Shown: positions 24,611-38,699 of the stretch, piece by piece
Layout: each line of letters starts with the position of its first letter
Numbering within the stretch: position 1 is the stretch's first letter
NCBI GenBank assembly: GCA_027604505.1
Contig: JADIIX010000143.1
Location: forward strand, 1-56,813
DNA: 56,813 nt
Origin: Gonapodya sp. JEL0774
Taxonomy: Eukaryota
Reading direction: 5' to 3'
The notes under the pieces: generated by a model
The model's input: only the letters and a program-made list of their open reading frames with translations
Databases searched by the model: none
What the model was told of the DNA's origin: nothing
Made by a program: the position numbers and the translations under genes

Positions 24611-26518
24611 ATGCCGCTTCCCAATCATCCATCGCATAATCGTCAAGCATGCTCCAACTTGATGGTTCTTGAACCTTCCCGACATCCCAAAATTGGCGAC
24701 GAGCGCACACCGCCAAGCTTGCCCCATTCAAATTCAGTATCATCACCTCACTCCCGATCGTCGCCTCTCGCTCGGGCTGTGACGGAAAGTGCGCCGGTCA
24801 ACATACTGGAACAAACTGGAGGCGCTGATGAGGTGTTCGGTCAAATAGCTGAAAACGAAAGCACTGTGCCAAAAGACCTAGGTGGATTTGAGGCGTCGGT
24901 GGAAAAGTGGACGGACATTTTGCGCAAGGCCGTGGTGGTGAGTTTGATCATTGGTAATTCCAAACTCAAAGTCCCCATTTGTCTCCACTACGCTTACTCT
25001 AATCCTGTTTCAAATAACATTCTAGGCTGACTTCCTTACGGTACGTTCCTCGATCCTGACCTCGGCGTCCAGACGGATCACGCAGGTCGAGACATCAACG
25101 TCACAGCGAATGTCGGAGCTCGAGATTGAAAATCAATCGCTCACAGATGCCCTAGAATCGGCAAAGCGATCGAATGAAGCTTTAGAGATTCTCAGTGAGC
25201 GAGCCACCGAGTGGGGAGAACGGAAGGTGCTGTCACTATCACCTTCTGCAATACCTCTGAGCAGCTTGATTGATTCATATCTTGCATTATTTCTACCCAG
25301 TGTCTTGTATCAATCGCATTCTACTTTTGGCTTCGACGATTCCACATATCGCGCCTCCATATTCCCCACTTCCACCTCGCCGCCGCCCACCGAAGGCGGT
25401 ATCTCCTCCGCCGAACCTTTCGTGCACTCTTGTCGTCTTCGCGAACCTCGTGGCGTGATCAACAGGTTGCAATTATTGAGCGTCAATGTGAAGCAAAGTA
25501 CTCGCGTGCTGTTGAAGAAGCACAGCGAGCAGCGAGAGATGCTGAGGAACGGGCGCGAGCAGTTGAGGAGCTTGCAAGCAATGTTGAGAGGCGAGCGAGG
25601 GATGAAATTGAACTTGTGAGGGCAAAAGTTGCCAGGAGTGTGAGCAGGCTTAGTGTTGAGATGGCTGGGGCAGTGGGCTCTGTCCCGACGGCACTGGGCG
25701 ATCTGCAAGTGACCGATAAATGGCCCATCTCCTCGCACACGCACCATATCCATCTCTACAACTCGAATTTTGATGGAAACGCGGAACCACCTTATCCATT
25801 CGCCTCCCCCTCGGCCGCACCTCTTTCTGATCGACCCTTCGTCCAAACCGCCATTATTCCCTCAAACTCAACTGCACCTCGCCCAATCCCCCATACAGAT
25901 TCCACTGATTTGACTCCGGAAATTGTGGCAGGCTTTGCCAGGTTTCGTGTGGATAAAACCGACGCTATCCCCCCGTCACATTCCATGTTCCGTGGCAAAT
26001 CTCTCGAACACACTGCGTCAAATCGAATCCCAATGAGAAGTGGAGATTCTGCATTAAGCTCGGCAGGACGGGAAGCGTCATCGAAGATCCATATCTCAGT
26101 TCCCCCCCCTGCTGGCTATTCTACCGGGGGATCGACTTCCCCTCTGCAACCGCACACGCGACCAATGAGCCAGATCCTCCATCGTCCGCCACCAGCGTTC
26201 TCATCACCTATTCCGTCATCGAGATCGCTCTCCTCTTCGCCACCGAGGAAGTTCCCATCCCCACCGTCCAGTGGGCGGCACAGTCAACATCCTGCCGCCA
26301 TACAAGCCCAAAGTGACACTATTGCAAACCCCACCATTAGACGTGGTGTCAGAAGTCGAACTGGTAGGCAGGACGCTGCTGATGCGGATGGTGTGATGGT
26401 AACACGACATGTGTGGTCGTTGACGAAGTGGTGCGTTTCATGGGAGGAAGAAGCCTGCTCCGCTCGAACTTCCGATTGCATTTTTACTGTAACATTACGC
26501 AATATGCATCTGCGCTAA
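24611..26518 (+). CDS. Coiled-coil protein, probable POC5-like centriolar centrin-binding protein; 3' end uncertain
   Basis: Spliced product (introns about 24938-25025 and 25227-25300) has VEKWTDILRKAVVADF, Sfi1-like AFYFWL..LAAAHRRRYLLRRTFRAL..SWR, a coiled coil ending VRAKVARSVSRLSVEM and VMVTRHV. This resembles POC5 architecture as I recall it. Confidence 0.5.
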
Positions 26519-26726
26519 TTCAAAAACATGGGTCCTTGTTGGACCATCTCATTTGCTGACGGGGAGATTCAGCAGGCTTTGTCATTTGATTGTGCAAATC
26601 TCGACACCGCAACAGACACCAGGAACGGAGACATGTTGAAGCTTATAGTGATACAGCTGTAGCCTCAGCACAATAGCATACTGGTAATGAAACACTGCAA
26701 GATCACCTTGCGAACGTGTTTGTGGT

Positions 26727-28183
26727 TCATGTGCGGACACGGAACTTGATGTGATTCGTCAAATATTTGACAAGCTATTGGGCCACCAACAACAATGTCA
26801 TTAGTACGCCAGTATAAGTCAACCAATAGAGGGCAAAAGCTTACTGTTTTGGGACACTTGTCCAAAAGCGCCTTGGTTTCGTGTTTGGAACGTTTCCCAA
26901 CGATGCTGTCCCCACCACCGACCCAGACTACAAAAACGATAGGATTTCTTCCAGAGGCTAGATCTTCTTCCTCGTCCGGGTTCTTCTCCATATGCTCCAG
27001 TTCAACCAGGCCATCCCAGCTGGGCAAGTTGCGAACATCCTCTGGTAACTCGTCGACGTTGAGGTAGACCAACTCGTCTGTGAATTGGAACATCAGCGTC
27101 ACACACAAGTCCAAAAGTCCCGAGTGGTGAATTTAGTTAACAGTATTATCATCGAATGGATTGAGGATGCACCACAATATGGTGCGAAGTAACCAGAAGT
27201 AGTTTCGAAAACAAGCGTAAAGCATTCAGTGATTTAAGACAGACAGATATTGGACAGACAATCGTCCTGCTTACCAACATCCTCGTCGTCCGTTGCCTCC
27301 CCCTTTGAGCCAACATCAGCCTCGGCAGGTGTTTCATTTTGCTTGGAGTCCTTCCGGACTTTCTTGAAGTCGGGGAGCGTGTCGTCCGTGGAAGAAGCTC
27401 GCTTCTTAGATGTGCCCGACTCCGATTTTGTACGAGCGCTGGACCCTTTTGGTCGAGATAGGAACTCTTCAATGAGATCGTCGCACTAGATTATTGCGTG
27501 ATGGCCGTGTTGGAAAAATAACACGTCAGATCTGTGTGAATGACATGCACGACGGATTGCGCAATACGTACATCAACCATGTTCTCTTCTGGCTCCCATG
27601 TAGCGTCTTTTTCCGGGTAATTTTCCCATTTCACAAAGAACATCTTTTTCTGGTTTGCAAGGAAACCAAGACACAGGATTGCACAAAAAGGCACATTTAC
27701 GAGATAGGAACGTTCAGATTGGTGGGAAGGCACAGTTCTATCCAGCTATCAAACGGACTCACCCCGCCAACAGTCTTCGTGGCGATAATTTTTTCCACCT
27801 ACGTAGGCCGGGCGGGAAGCTTAAGTCAGATTACACAAAAGGACTTTATCACACTCTCAGTGCCAACGTGGAGTGAGAAGTCAAACACCATTCTCAAACG
27901 ACCTCCAAAGTGTTTCAACGTCGGGATCACAGATATGGCCCAATACTACAAAATTGCGCGATCGAGAAACAGCCAGAATGTGAACATAGACCTTCCTGCA
28001 ATTGAGCGTGTGTTGTCTTCGCTCTTTGGTACCGCTCTAGCGCTCTGTATGACCGTTCTTCAACCTTCCTGCCCCGATTGCCGCGAACTTCACCTTGTAA
28101 AGCTCTTCTTCCTCTGATTCACTGCCATCACTGTCTTCAGCATTCGATGCTTTTCCATTTTGTCGACCCTTTTTCGCGCCCAT
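26727..28183 (-). CDS. HP1/Swi6-like chromodomain + chromoshadow protein
   Basis: Acidic EEEELYK|VEKII..., FFVKWENYPEKDATWEPEENM (chromodomain with aromatic cage), basic hinge, and C-terminal SWDGLV..VFVVW..KCPKT|LVKYLTNHIKF (chromoshadow-like). Confidence 0.85.
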
Positions 28184-28749
28184 CTGGTGAATCAGCGATA
28201 CCGAGTTGTTGGAGTGCAATGCCAATTTCAAGTGCTACGTTACTTGTGCGTAAACTACCACCAAAATGTCTATTCCACAGCATCCACGAGCAGAATTTTC
28301 ATAGAGAATCCAGGTATTATTCCCACTGTATTCTGACTGAAGATGACGAGATGCTACGACAAATCAAGACTCCCCACCTTCCAGAATGAAAAAATAAGTA
28401 CTCAGTCTGCTTGCCATTCACCAATGACTGTAACTTGAACGAATACAATCAGTTCATTGTGGTAACGACGCGTTGGGCAATCGTGTGGCGGAATCATTTT
28501 CACCTTCAATCATTTTGGGTGGCGAAATCTGGTGAATATACATAGTTTATGTAGTAGCGGAGACGTAAATGTCTTAGAGCGCGACGCACATGTACATCGA
28601 AATTGTGGTTATGCAAAAAAGAAGCTCGATCCGGCGGCAAGTGAAGCTTGCGCTCTAGTACGTGCGTCCAACCGCGAAAACAACACATCATGATATCAAC
28701 CAAATAACAACCAAATAACTTCTCAACACGCCAAACAGCTGGATCCCGT

Positions 28750-29937
28750 TCAGCCGGCGGTGACACCAAACGCCTTGCCGATTCCGAACGTCACACCTAA
28801 CGCTACGCAGCCGCCCAAGAGTACCCGAATCGATGCCTTCCACATCGGTGCACCACCAAGACGGGCACCAATCGCTCCGAACGCCATCAGACCGATCATA
28901 GATATGGCAACAAGGACGCCAATCATTGCTGAAATATTTTCGATAAATCCACCACCCAGGAGAGGGAGAATACCACCAGCTGCGAAAGAAAACATGGACA
29001 TTACTGTTGCTTGCCAAGGGTTGGACAAATCGTCGGTGTCGATTCCCAGCTCGTCGCGGGCATGAACCTTCACCAAATCCTCTACTCCGTAAGTGCGATG
29101 GAAATGCTCGGCGACTCGGCGGGCCAGGTCCACGGGTAAACCGCGGGAGATGTAAATTTGAGTGAGTTCGTCGAGTTCCCCAAAGTGTGGGGCTGGGGTG
29201 CGCATGAACTCCTTGCGTTCACGGACAAGGTCGGCTTCTTCTGCGTCTCGTTGAGACCAGACGGAGACGTATTCACCTTCAAGACACAGGTTGGAGAAGG
29301 TAGAACGTTTATCGGGACCTTGCACGCTTCCAGTACATGGAGCCATTACAGCACTCACCGACAGCCATACTGAGCGCACCAGCAACCAGTGAGGAGAGTC
29401 CAGAGAGGAATATTATGTGTCTCTCCGCACCTCCAGCGGCAACGCCAAGCATAAGTGCTGCAACGGACACCAAACCATCGTTGGCACCCAGAACCGCAGC
29501 ACGCAGCTGAAAAGCAAGTGATAATGGCGATATTAATATGAGGGGTGCTAAGTCGTTGCAAGAATGCGAAGTAGACTCACCCAAGGGGCACGGTGTGAGT
29601 AGTGATGATCTGGGTGAGCCATCGGCGTGATGTCGCCTAGTGCGTACGGCGGAACCACGCGTGTATCAGGAACGCCCACTACGACATCATTTCCCTCGCT
29701 GTTGAATAACTGGACCACTTGTCCTCCGTTTTCCTTCGTGACGCCTGGCTTCATATTGTCATCGAGTTCTGCTTCCGAGAACTTTGGAGACCCAGCAGTA
29801 GACGAGGTCTCAGGCGACGGTACATCGTGCGCATTGTCGGCAAGTGGTGCTGATTCCGTGTGGTCGGCTGGGGAAGGGAGGAGTGTCGGTACAGTGCTCT
29901 CCGGGATGATTTGCTTCGAGTTGTCGGGAGAGGCCAT
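28750..29937 (-). CDS. VIT1/CCC1-family Fe2+/Mn2+ transporter (nodulin-21/bacterial-like subtype)
   Basis: HYSHRAPW|LRAAVLGANDGLVS, AGALSMAV|GEYVSV.SQRDAE, HARDELGID, NPWQA; two GT-AG introns. Confidence 0.92.
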
Positions 29938-30433
29938 GGCTTCGCAGCTGGCGCTTCAGTGCACAAAGAAAGGAAGATGCGAGTGATTTTGGAGCGTCTT
30001 CGAGGGGAAGATGGACGTTCCTGTCTTTTTGAGATTTGAGTCACACAACCCAATCCGCTGAGATCGCCTTTTCTTTTCGAGCATAAACGGGACAAAACAT
30101 CGGTGAAAACATCACTAAAATTACCCAATGTATAGATTAGATTTGCGTTCATTTCGCAATGATAATTATTTAAATCCTCGTTTGCCGATTACGTGCCCTC
30201 CTAAAGCCTTCCCCTGACCCATTCTTTATACTCTCGTTCAAGATTCTCAACTCCGTTTTCCTATCTTGCGCAGTTGATTGTATTCCTTACAATAAGTTAC
30301 TTTCGATTCGCCTCCCGGAGACATTACACTACAATCTGTGCTGGCCGGGGCTGTCAGCATGACTACATAAACACATATGTAACAGGATATTCGTCGATGA
30401 CGGCGTTAGACACATTATGATTTACGATGCATT

Positions 30434-32128
30434 TCATCGGCTTCTGAGAGAGCCAAACCACGATCCCCGAGATCCAGGTTCTTCCTCTTGATTTCCTGTG
30501 CTGGAATCGTCCCTTCTGCGGTTCATTGCACGTCGGAGCAATTGTGAGAGGGGCCGAAAAGTCCGGTTGGCCCACCGCCTGATCATTCGTTCCGACCGCT
30601 GAGTACCATCATGTCGGGACTCTCGGGAAGTCCTTCCTCCAAATGTCCAGTTCCATGGTACTCCACTCCATCTTGAAGATCTCGGAGTGTCAGTTTGATG
30701 GTCCCTGGGAGGGGGACTCAATGTGGAAGACGAAGTTGCCGGAATGTAGGCGACAACCGGCGAATCACCGGAGTCTGATTGACCGTCCCGCGATGCTTCG
30801 TCCGAGCTGTCAACAAAAGATCGAATTCGTACCGAACGCGCGATGAGAGGCCGTAGGAAGTATGGCGTCCCGGATTGGTCGCTTTCCTCGATGTCGTCTC
30901 CGTGTGAATCACCTCCCGGTTCGGCTGCCTTTGCCAAACCATTCACCACTGCGACCAGCTCCTGCGCGCATTCCTCCTCGCCCGAGGCCCGAGCCACAGC
31001 GAGGGCGTTTTGTGCTGCTCTTCTGGGTATATCGCCTTGCTGCAGAAGAACACGCACGATGGTGACGTGCCCACGGCGCGCGGCGGTGAGGAGCGCGGTG
31101 GCCTTGGCACGGGGTGTGCTGACAGCGACGATGGACCGTGCAGGATCTTCAAGGCCCTTAGAGGCACAGAAGTGCAGTACTGCACCATCGGGGTCAGATA
31201 CAAAGTAGGTTTCCTTCCGGTCCGCTAAGGATGCGTAGAGTTTGAGAAAGATGCGCTCATTATCTGAGTACGCCGACAGCTGCAATGCCCGCGAGATATC
31301 AAAGCGCCTGTGATGTGCATCGGCAGCAAGGAGGACGTCAAGGCATCTAGCACTGGTACCCACTTGGGCGATTGCTAGAAGAGCCGCTTGCTCGTCCACA
31401 TAGATATCACCACCCGATTCAACTAGGAAGCGCATGAGGTCAGGGTTTCCCGACAATGCCGCATTGACCATGCAGTAACTGTCCGATACTAGGAACTCCC
31501 GGGCACCTTCAAGTGCGTACAATGCTCGCACCACCTCCAGGTGACCACCTTTGCAGGCAGCCCTCGCGAGAACAGTCGCGCGCCCCATACTACTATCTTC
31601 AGTCCAGGATGCAAAGCGTGCTACAATATCTCCAGGTGCTAGTTCGAAGAGGGACAGACTGAGACTGTCGCTCTCAGCGTGTTCACGCGGCTCAACCTCT
31701 CTTGCCAAATGTTCGTTCCACAACGCACGCAACACGAACGGATCCAAGGTGGGTCTGGTCAATTCTGCGCAAAACGAACTCTGCACGGAGCCGTATTTCT
31801 TGATTGCCCGAGATGCGATGCTTGATGGATCGTGCAGTTTTTCCCGCAAAGTTTTGTCCATCTCTGGGAAAGGTGAGCCGAGGCGATAGGTCGGGTTCAA
31901 AGGAAGATAGGCGGCGATGAGAAGAAGAATCTCTGGAGGCAGGTCATGAAGAGTCGTTTTTGGAGAGAGCGATGATTGTCGGGTAGGGGTTGAGGTTGGT
32001 GAAGACGCTGTGGACGTCGTGGAGACAGAACTCTCAGGACCCTCAGCATTGGCAGATGTGATATCTCGGGACGGTTGACCACGTCCACGCAGGCGGAGGC
32101 GGGACACGACTCTTCGAAAAGTCCACAT
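30434..32128 (-). CDS. F-box-like + ankyrin-repeat protein, intronless, 564 aa
   Basis: TTLHDLPPEILLLIAAYL F-box-like motif; ankyrin-like AACKGGHLEVVRAL, AALSGNPDLMRFLVESGGD and ALLTAARRGHVTIVRVLL. Confidence 0.85.
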   Translation of the reverse strand: MWTFRRVVSRLRLRGRGQPSRDITSANAEGPESSVSTTSTASSPTSTPTRQSSLSPKTTLHDLPPEILLLIAAYLPLNPTYRLGSPFPEMDKTLREKLHDPSSIASRAIKKYGSVQSSFCAELTRPTLDPFVLRALWNEHLAREVEPREHAESDSLSLSLFELAPGDIVARFASWTEDSSMGRATVLARAACKGGHLEVVRALYALEGAREFLVSDSYCMVNAALSGNPDLMRFLVESGGDIYVDEQAALLAIAQVGTSARCLDVLLAADAHHRRFDISRALQLSAYSDNERIFLKLYASLADRKETYFVSDPDGAVLHFCASKGLEDPARSIVAVSTPRAKATALLTAARRGHVTIVRVLLQQGDIPRRAAQNALAVARASGEEECAQELVAVVNGLAKAAEPGGDSHGDDIEESDQSGTPYFLRPLIARSVRIRSFVDSSDEASRDGQSDSGDSPVVAYIPATSSSTLSPPPRDHQTDTPRSSRWSGVPWNWTFGGRTSRESRHDGTQRSERMIRRWANRTFRPLSQLLRRAMNRRRDDSSTGNQEEEPGSRGSWFGSLRSR

Positions 32129-33131
32129 CGGTGTCTGCGGTGTCTTGACGACGTGACGATTGCTGACTTGACCCTTGTTAGACCACTGACAAGTGCAAAG
32201 GTCGTCGCTCGGAGACAGAAATCGCCTGCATAAGATGTGTGATAATACAAGACAGTCGATTCGTTGCTGGGAAGAAGTCCAGAGGGCTTTTCACGGTGTC
32301 CAGTATCCCAAAAAGGTTGTGCTGGGACTGCTTTCCCGCTCTCTAAGCAAAAACAGAGACAGACGATCAAAATACAGTCATACAGTAGCATAACGCTCCC
32401 CCTGATACCATAACTACAAAAATAACTACAAAGGCAAGGAACACAGTTTGTTTTGCGACCTCACTGGCACTCATAACATGGAAAATTTATATCCACCACT
32501 ATAACTTCGTCGGCCTCAAGCGAAAACATGACAGCCTGATCCCTGGCGTCAACCCCTTTCCAAAGCAATCACTCCCTCATCCCAACTCCTCCATAAATTT
32601 AAGTGGTAGGCGCCTTTGATTTGAAGCGGAGACGTCGCTCCATATGTCTCCTGCAGCGCGTTCGGAGGATCCGTGTTAGATTCAGTTGCTTTGCCTGAAG
32701 ACGAAGGAGCTGGTGCGAAAGCGAAGAAGCGAGCAAGGATCTCCGAAAAAACACCAGATGGGATTTCGAGTTCAAAATGTTAACTGGGAGATTCCTCTGA
32801 GACTCTCTTGCCAAGGATCATAGCGCCTTCGATCTCATTCCCACTGGCAAGGACAAGAACATCGAGGTGAGAGCAGGTCTAATAGAGGAACTCTCTGCAC
32901 ATTATTGACATGTAGTCTTCTTATCACCGGCGTGCGTATATGTATGTAAGATGATCCGACTGAATATACTCCAACGAGTGAGCAAGTCATGCCCAACAAC
33001 ACAGCCAACGTGCAGTGTTTTTAGTCGCAGAATGTTTACTAGTATTGTTGTCGCTTAAGTGAGTGTTTGAATTGGCTTATCATAGTACATAACCCACATA
33101 ACATAATATCGGAATCACGTTACATCAGCCC

Positions 33132-34895
<1,764 letters not shown>

Positions 34896-35406
34896 TGCCA
34901 TTTTGAGACAGTGCGTCCAAATCGAATGGACAGCGCTTTGAATTCTTTTGGTTATAATAGATGATTATGTGTCGTAGAAAGAATAGTTCAACAGAAATCT
35001 CATTTTCCAATTCCCCAACATTAAGAGACCAACGAGCTGACACCCTCTCCTCCGCGGGGGACACCTTTCACAAGCTCAGTTTTGCTTGTTTGGAGATTTC
35101 CACTAAACAAAGATCTCGCTTGGTGCAAGTTTGTCTCCGATGATCACCTATTATTTTGACGCAATAACAGGGTCAGTCGCTGTGCCACTGTGCCCCTCCA
35201 CGGTATCACGGCAGTGGAAGATTCCGGGTCTCGGAAGAAAATCATCACACCAGTAAACCCGAACGCACCTACGCTCCTGGAGTCAGCAACTGCAAGATCA
35301 TTCCACGCAGCATCGCCTTTCTCTCCACCAAGCTCGTACACAGCATCGTCTCTTCACCCCGCAGTATTCCTCTTGAAGGAAACGTTGCGCGAACGGTTAT
35401 TCCAGA

Positions 35407-38229
35407 ATGGTTCTCATAAAATCACCTTACCCTGATGTCACGATCCCTGATACTGATATCTAGTGAGCTGACTTTCATGAATCCAAGGGAATCGACCTGC
35501 CGAATCCAACCGGATCGACTTTTCCTCAGCTCTTTTCTGTTCGAGAATCTCACAGAAAAGCAACTGATTCGCGAGGTTTTAACGCAATGACTCGCTTCGT
35601 TCTGTTGAGGGCCTTAATGAGCAACAAACCTTTTCATCGCACAGACTTTTATCGACTCTCTCACTGGACGAACCTTAACGCTTCTTGAACTTCGTGATCG
35701 GATCGACTATTTGGCGCGAGCTCTGGTAGATTCCAAGGCCCCATGGGGTGGATGGAGGAAGAGCGAGGTCATTGCTTTGTTCTCACCGAATCATATAGAG
35801 TACCCAGTGGCTCTATGGGCTGGCCTTCGGGCAGGAGGAGTGGTGACGACGATGAACCCAGGTTGTGAGTTAAAATTACAAGTCAGCAGTACATAAAAGC
35901 GTTGCCGCTCTCGCTCATAGTATTACAACACATCAGACACCGCGACCGAGGTTGCTTTTCAACTTAGGGATTCCCATTCGAAAGCCATCGTCACCACCAC
36001 TGCCCAGCTTCCGGTTGCCATCGCTGCCTGTCGATCTTCCAACATTCCCTCTTCCCACATAATCGTAATCGATGCTCCTGGTGTCACTTATTTGTTTGAG
36101 GGGCAGACTTTTCTGACAATTGTCGGACTAGTGGAGAAGGGAAAGGCACTGAAGCCAACACCACGAGTAAAAGTTAACACGGAGGAGACGGCTCTGCTGA
36201 TGTACAGCTCAGGGACTACGGGAAGGAGTAAAGGCGTCGAGAGCAGTCACAGGTTGGCAGGTCCCCTGCTCTGAGATCCCGGAATGTGTTGACCTGTATT
36301 CCTGTCTGTTAGAAACATCATCACCAACGTCTTACAAGTCGCTGCCGACGGGACCGGCATGGCTCTTGCTGGAGACACAATCGTCGGAGTCCTGGTGAGT
36401 ACCTCATATGAAGCAAGTTCGAATCCGTACGACATCAAAGCATGAGCGGTTCCTCACATCTCTATGAACCATAACCAAGCCGTTTTATCACTGCTACGGA
36501 TTGACTTACACGGTGCATTGGGCTGTGTATTCGGGCCTCCGTAATGTTGTGTTTGGCCAGTTCAAGCTCGAGACGTTTTTGGAGGCGGTGGCGAAGTATA
36601 AGGTATTATCGTGTTCTTTGTCACATCGGCAACGGCCTCTCGATGTTGGAACTCGGTTCCCATTCCACCCTACAGGTCAATGTCGCCCACCTCGTACCAC
36701 CCATTATGATTCAATTGGCAAAGAATCCCATTGTAGAGAAGGCAGACTTCTCATCCTTGCGTTGGATTATCTCCGGAGCTGCACCAATGGTATGTTTGTT
36801 TCTTTCCATTGACACATCTTATCAACATTTTAATTACTCTGAATGCAGGCAGGTGAACTGGGCGTGGAAGTACGACAGCGGTGCGGTGTCCAGATAAAAC
36901 AGGCGTGGGGTGAGTGTGGGCTTGTTGTCAAAGTCTTTCGGGATGGTTAACCGAAATGTTGCTTCTCCCAGGAATGGTAAGCGAATTGTCCTCGTTTGAT
37001 AAACCGTGCTATGTGCTTGTTCCACGTAATCAAGCGGCTTTTTGACAAACACACCAGACGGAGCTCTCCCCCGTGTCTACAGTTGAACCCTGTGGCCGCG
37101 TAGTGGACGGATCCGTTGGAGTACTCTTGCCGAATCAAGAAGCGAAGATTGTAGACCCCGAAACTTTGAAAGGTGATTTTATCTGCCATAGACTACTTGG
37201 AGTGATTATAACAGATGAGATTCTGAACTCCATGTCGCATCCACTTCAATTATAGAGCTGGGCTACAATGAAGAGGGAGAGCTTGTGAGCCGCGCGAGTC
37301 TTATCGTTCTCTAATTTCGATCTTTAACCATCTCCTAATTCATCATTCGACGCGGTCAGCTCGTCCGAGGTCCGAATAGGATGAAAGGTTATCGTGAGTA
37401 TAACGTTGGTGATATGACTTCTCGATTATTGGGGTGATGTCGCTCCTTTTGTGCTAATCATACTACAGTGAATAACGCCAAGGCCAACGCCGAAACCATA
37501 ACTGCGGATGGCTTTCTGAGAACTGGAGATTTGGCTGTGGTGGATGAAAACGGTGTCTTCTATATCCGGGACAGATTGAAGGTGGGTCAAGTTTGTCAGG
37601 ATGTGTTGCTGTTCGGGTTCTGAATTGCTCTCAATTGCTTTTCCACAGGAGTTGATCAAAGTTAAGGGTTTCCAGGTGGCTCCAGGTCAGTCATATCAGT
37701 TCTTGGCCTGATCTTCTATAATTCTGATTCTCGAGTAATCTGTTCAGCGGAGCTTGAAGGGCTATTACTGACCCACGACGCCGTCGCAGACTGTGCTGTA
37801 ATGTGAGAAATCTTTTGGTCCCTGTTGCATGGTGTGGTACATCTGGGGACCACCATATGGTTAACTTTGGGCACCACCTAATTCCAGTCCCATCGAAGAC
37901 GCGTACAGCGGAGAAGCTCCGAAAGCATTTGTCGTTCTCAAGCCCGCATACTTGACTACGTCAGCAAGTGAGAAGAAGGCGCTCATCCAAAGCATTCTTA
38001 AAAAAGTGCATGCAGATCTGGCAAAGCATAAACATATCACCGGAGGTGTGGAATTATTGGAAGCGATTCCGAAGGTGTGCTATGCCTCTCGCAGTTGATT
38101 TAACGAATGTACTAACGATCACATCGTCATTCCTCTCGTCTGGAGACTGCGTCTGGCAAGATTCTGCGAAGAACTTTGAGAGACATGGAGCGAGAGAAAG
38201 TGGCAAAGAAAACCTCTTCTAAGCTTTAA
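35407..38229 (+). CDS. 4-coumarate-CoA-ligase-like acyl-CoA synthetase, predicted peroxisomal
   Basis: YSSGTTGRSKG, SGAAP, QAWGMTELSP, GELLVRGPNRMKGY, RTGD, DRLKELIKVKGFQVAP and PKTASGKILR over many short exons; ends -SKL* (TAA 38227-38229). Confidence 0.93.
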
Positions 38230-38699
38230 AATGTCATCTCTAAGACTCAACTATCCTGATTACAGTAATTATGAGTGCCGCCAATGGTTGTACGATTGCG
38301 TCGTGCTCTGCCGTTCACTCATCAGATTGTGTAATCGAGAGAGCAAGAACACCTACTCGAGGTCGATAAACGGAAGTTCAAAGCTTATAGATGTCTGCGT
38401 GACCTGGCTCCTGATGAACGAGAACGAACTGTCCACTTTGAATCCGTTACCACACTACCAACGGAAGCATACCATTGAGATGGTGGACGCACACAGTGGT
38501 GATCTCACGGCCAACTGCTCATCTCTTTTTCAAAAAAGGCGAATGGTCCAACACATTTCGTCATCTGGTGAGGCGTGAAAGTTTAATTTGAGGCGCAGGT
38601 GACTTCATAAACCTTTCACGGGTCGCAATTTTGCAAGCCCATTGATTTTGGCATTTTGCATCATCTTCACTAAACTCAACGCTAACGAACACATCCAAC

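Noticed and set aside
26530..26580. TISFADGEIQQ resembling a SAS-4/TCP10 repeat
   Set aside because: It is a single short match with no convincing splice path or further repeats.
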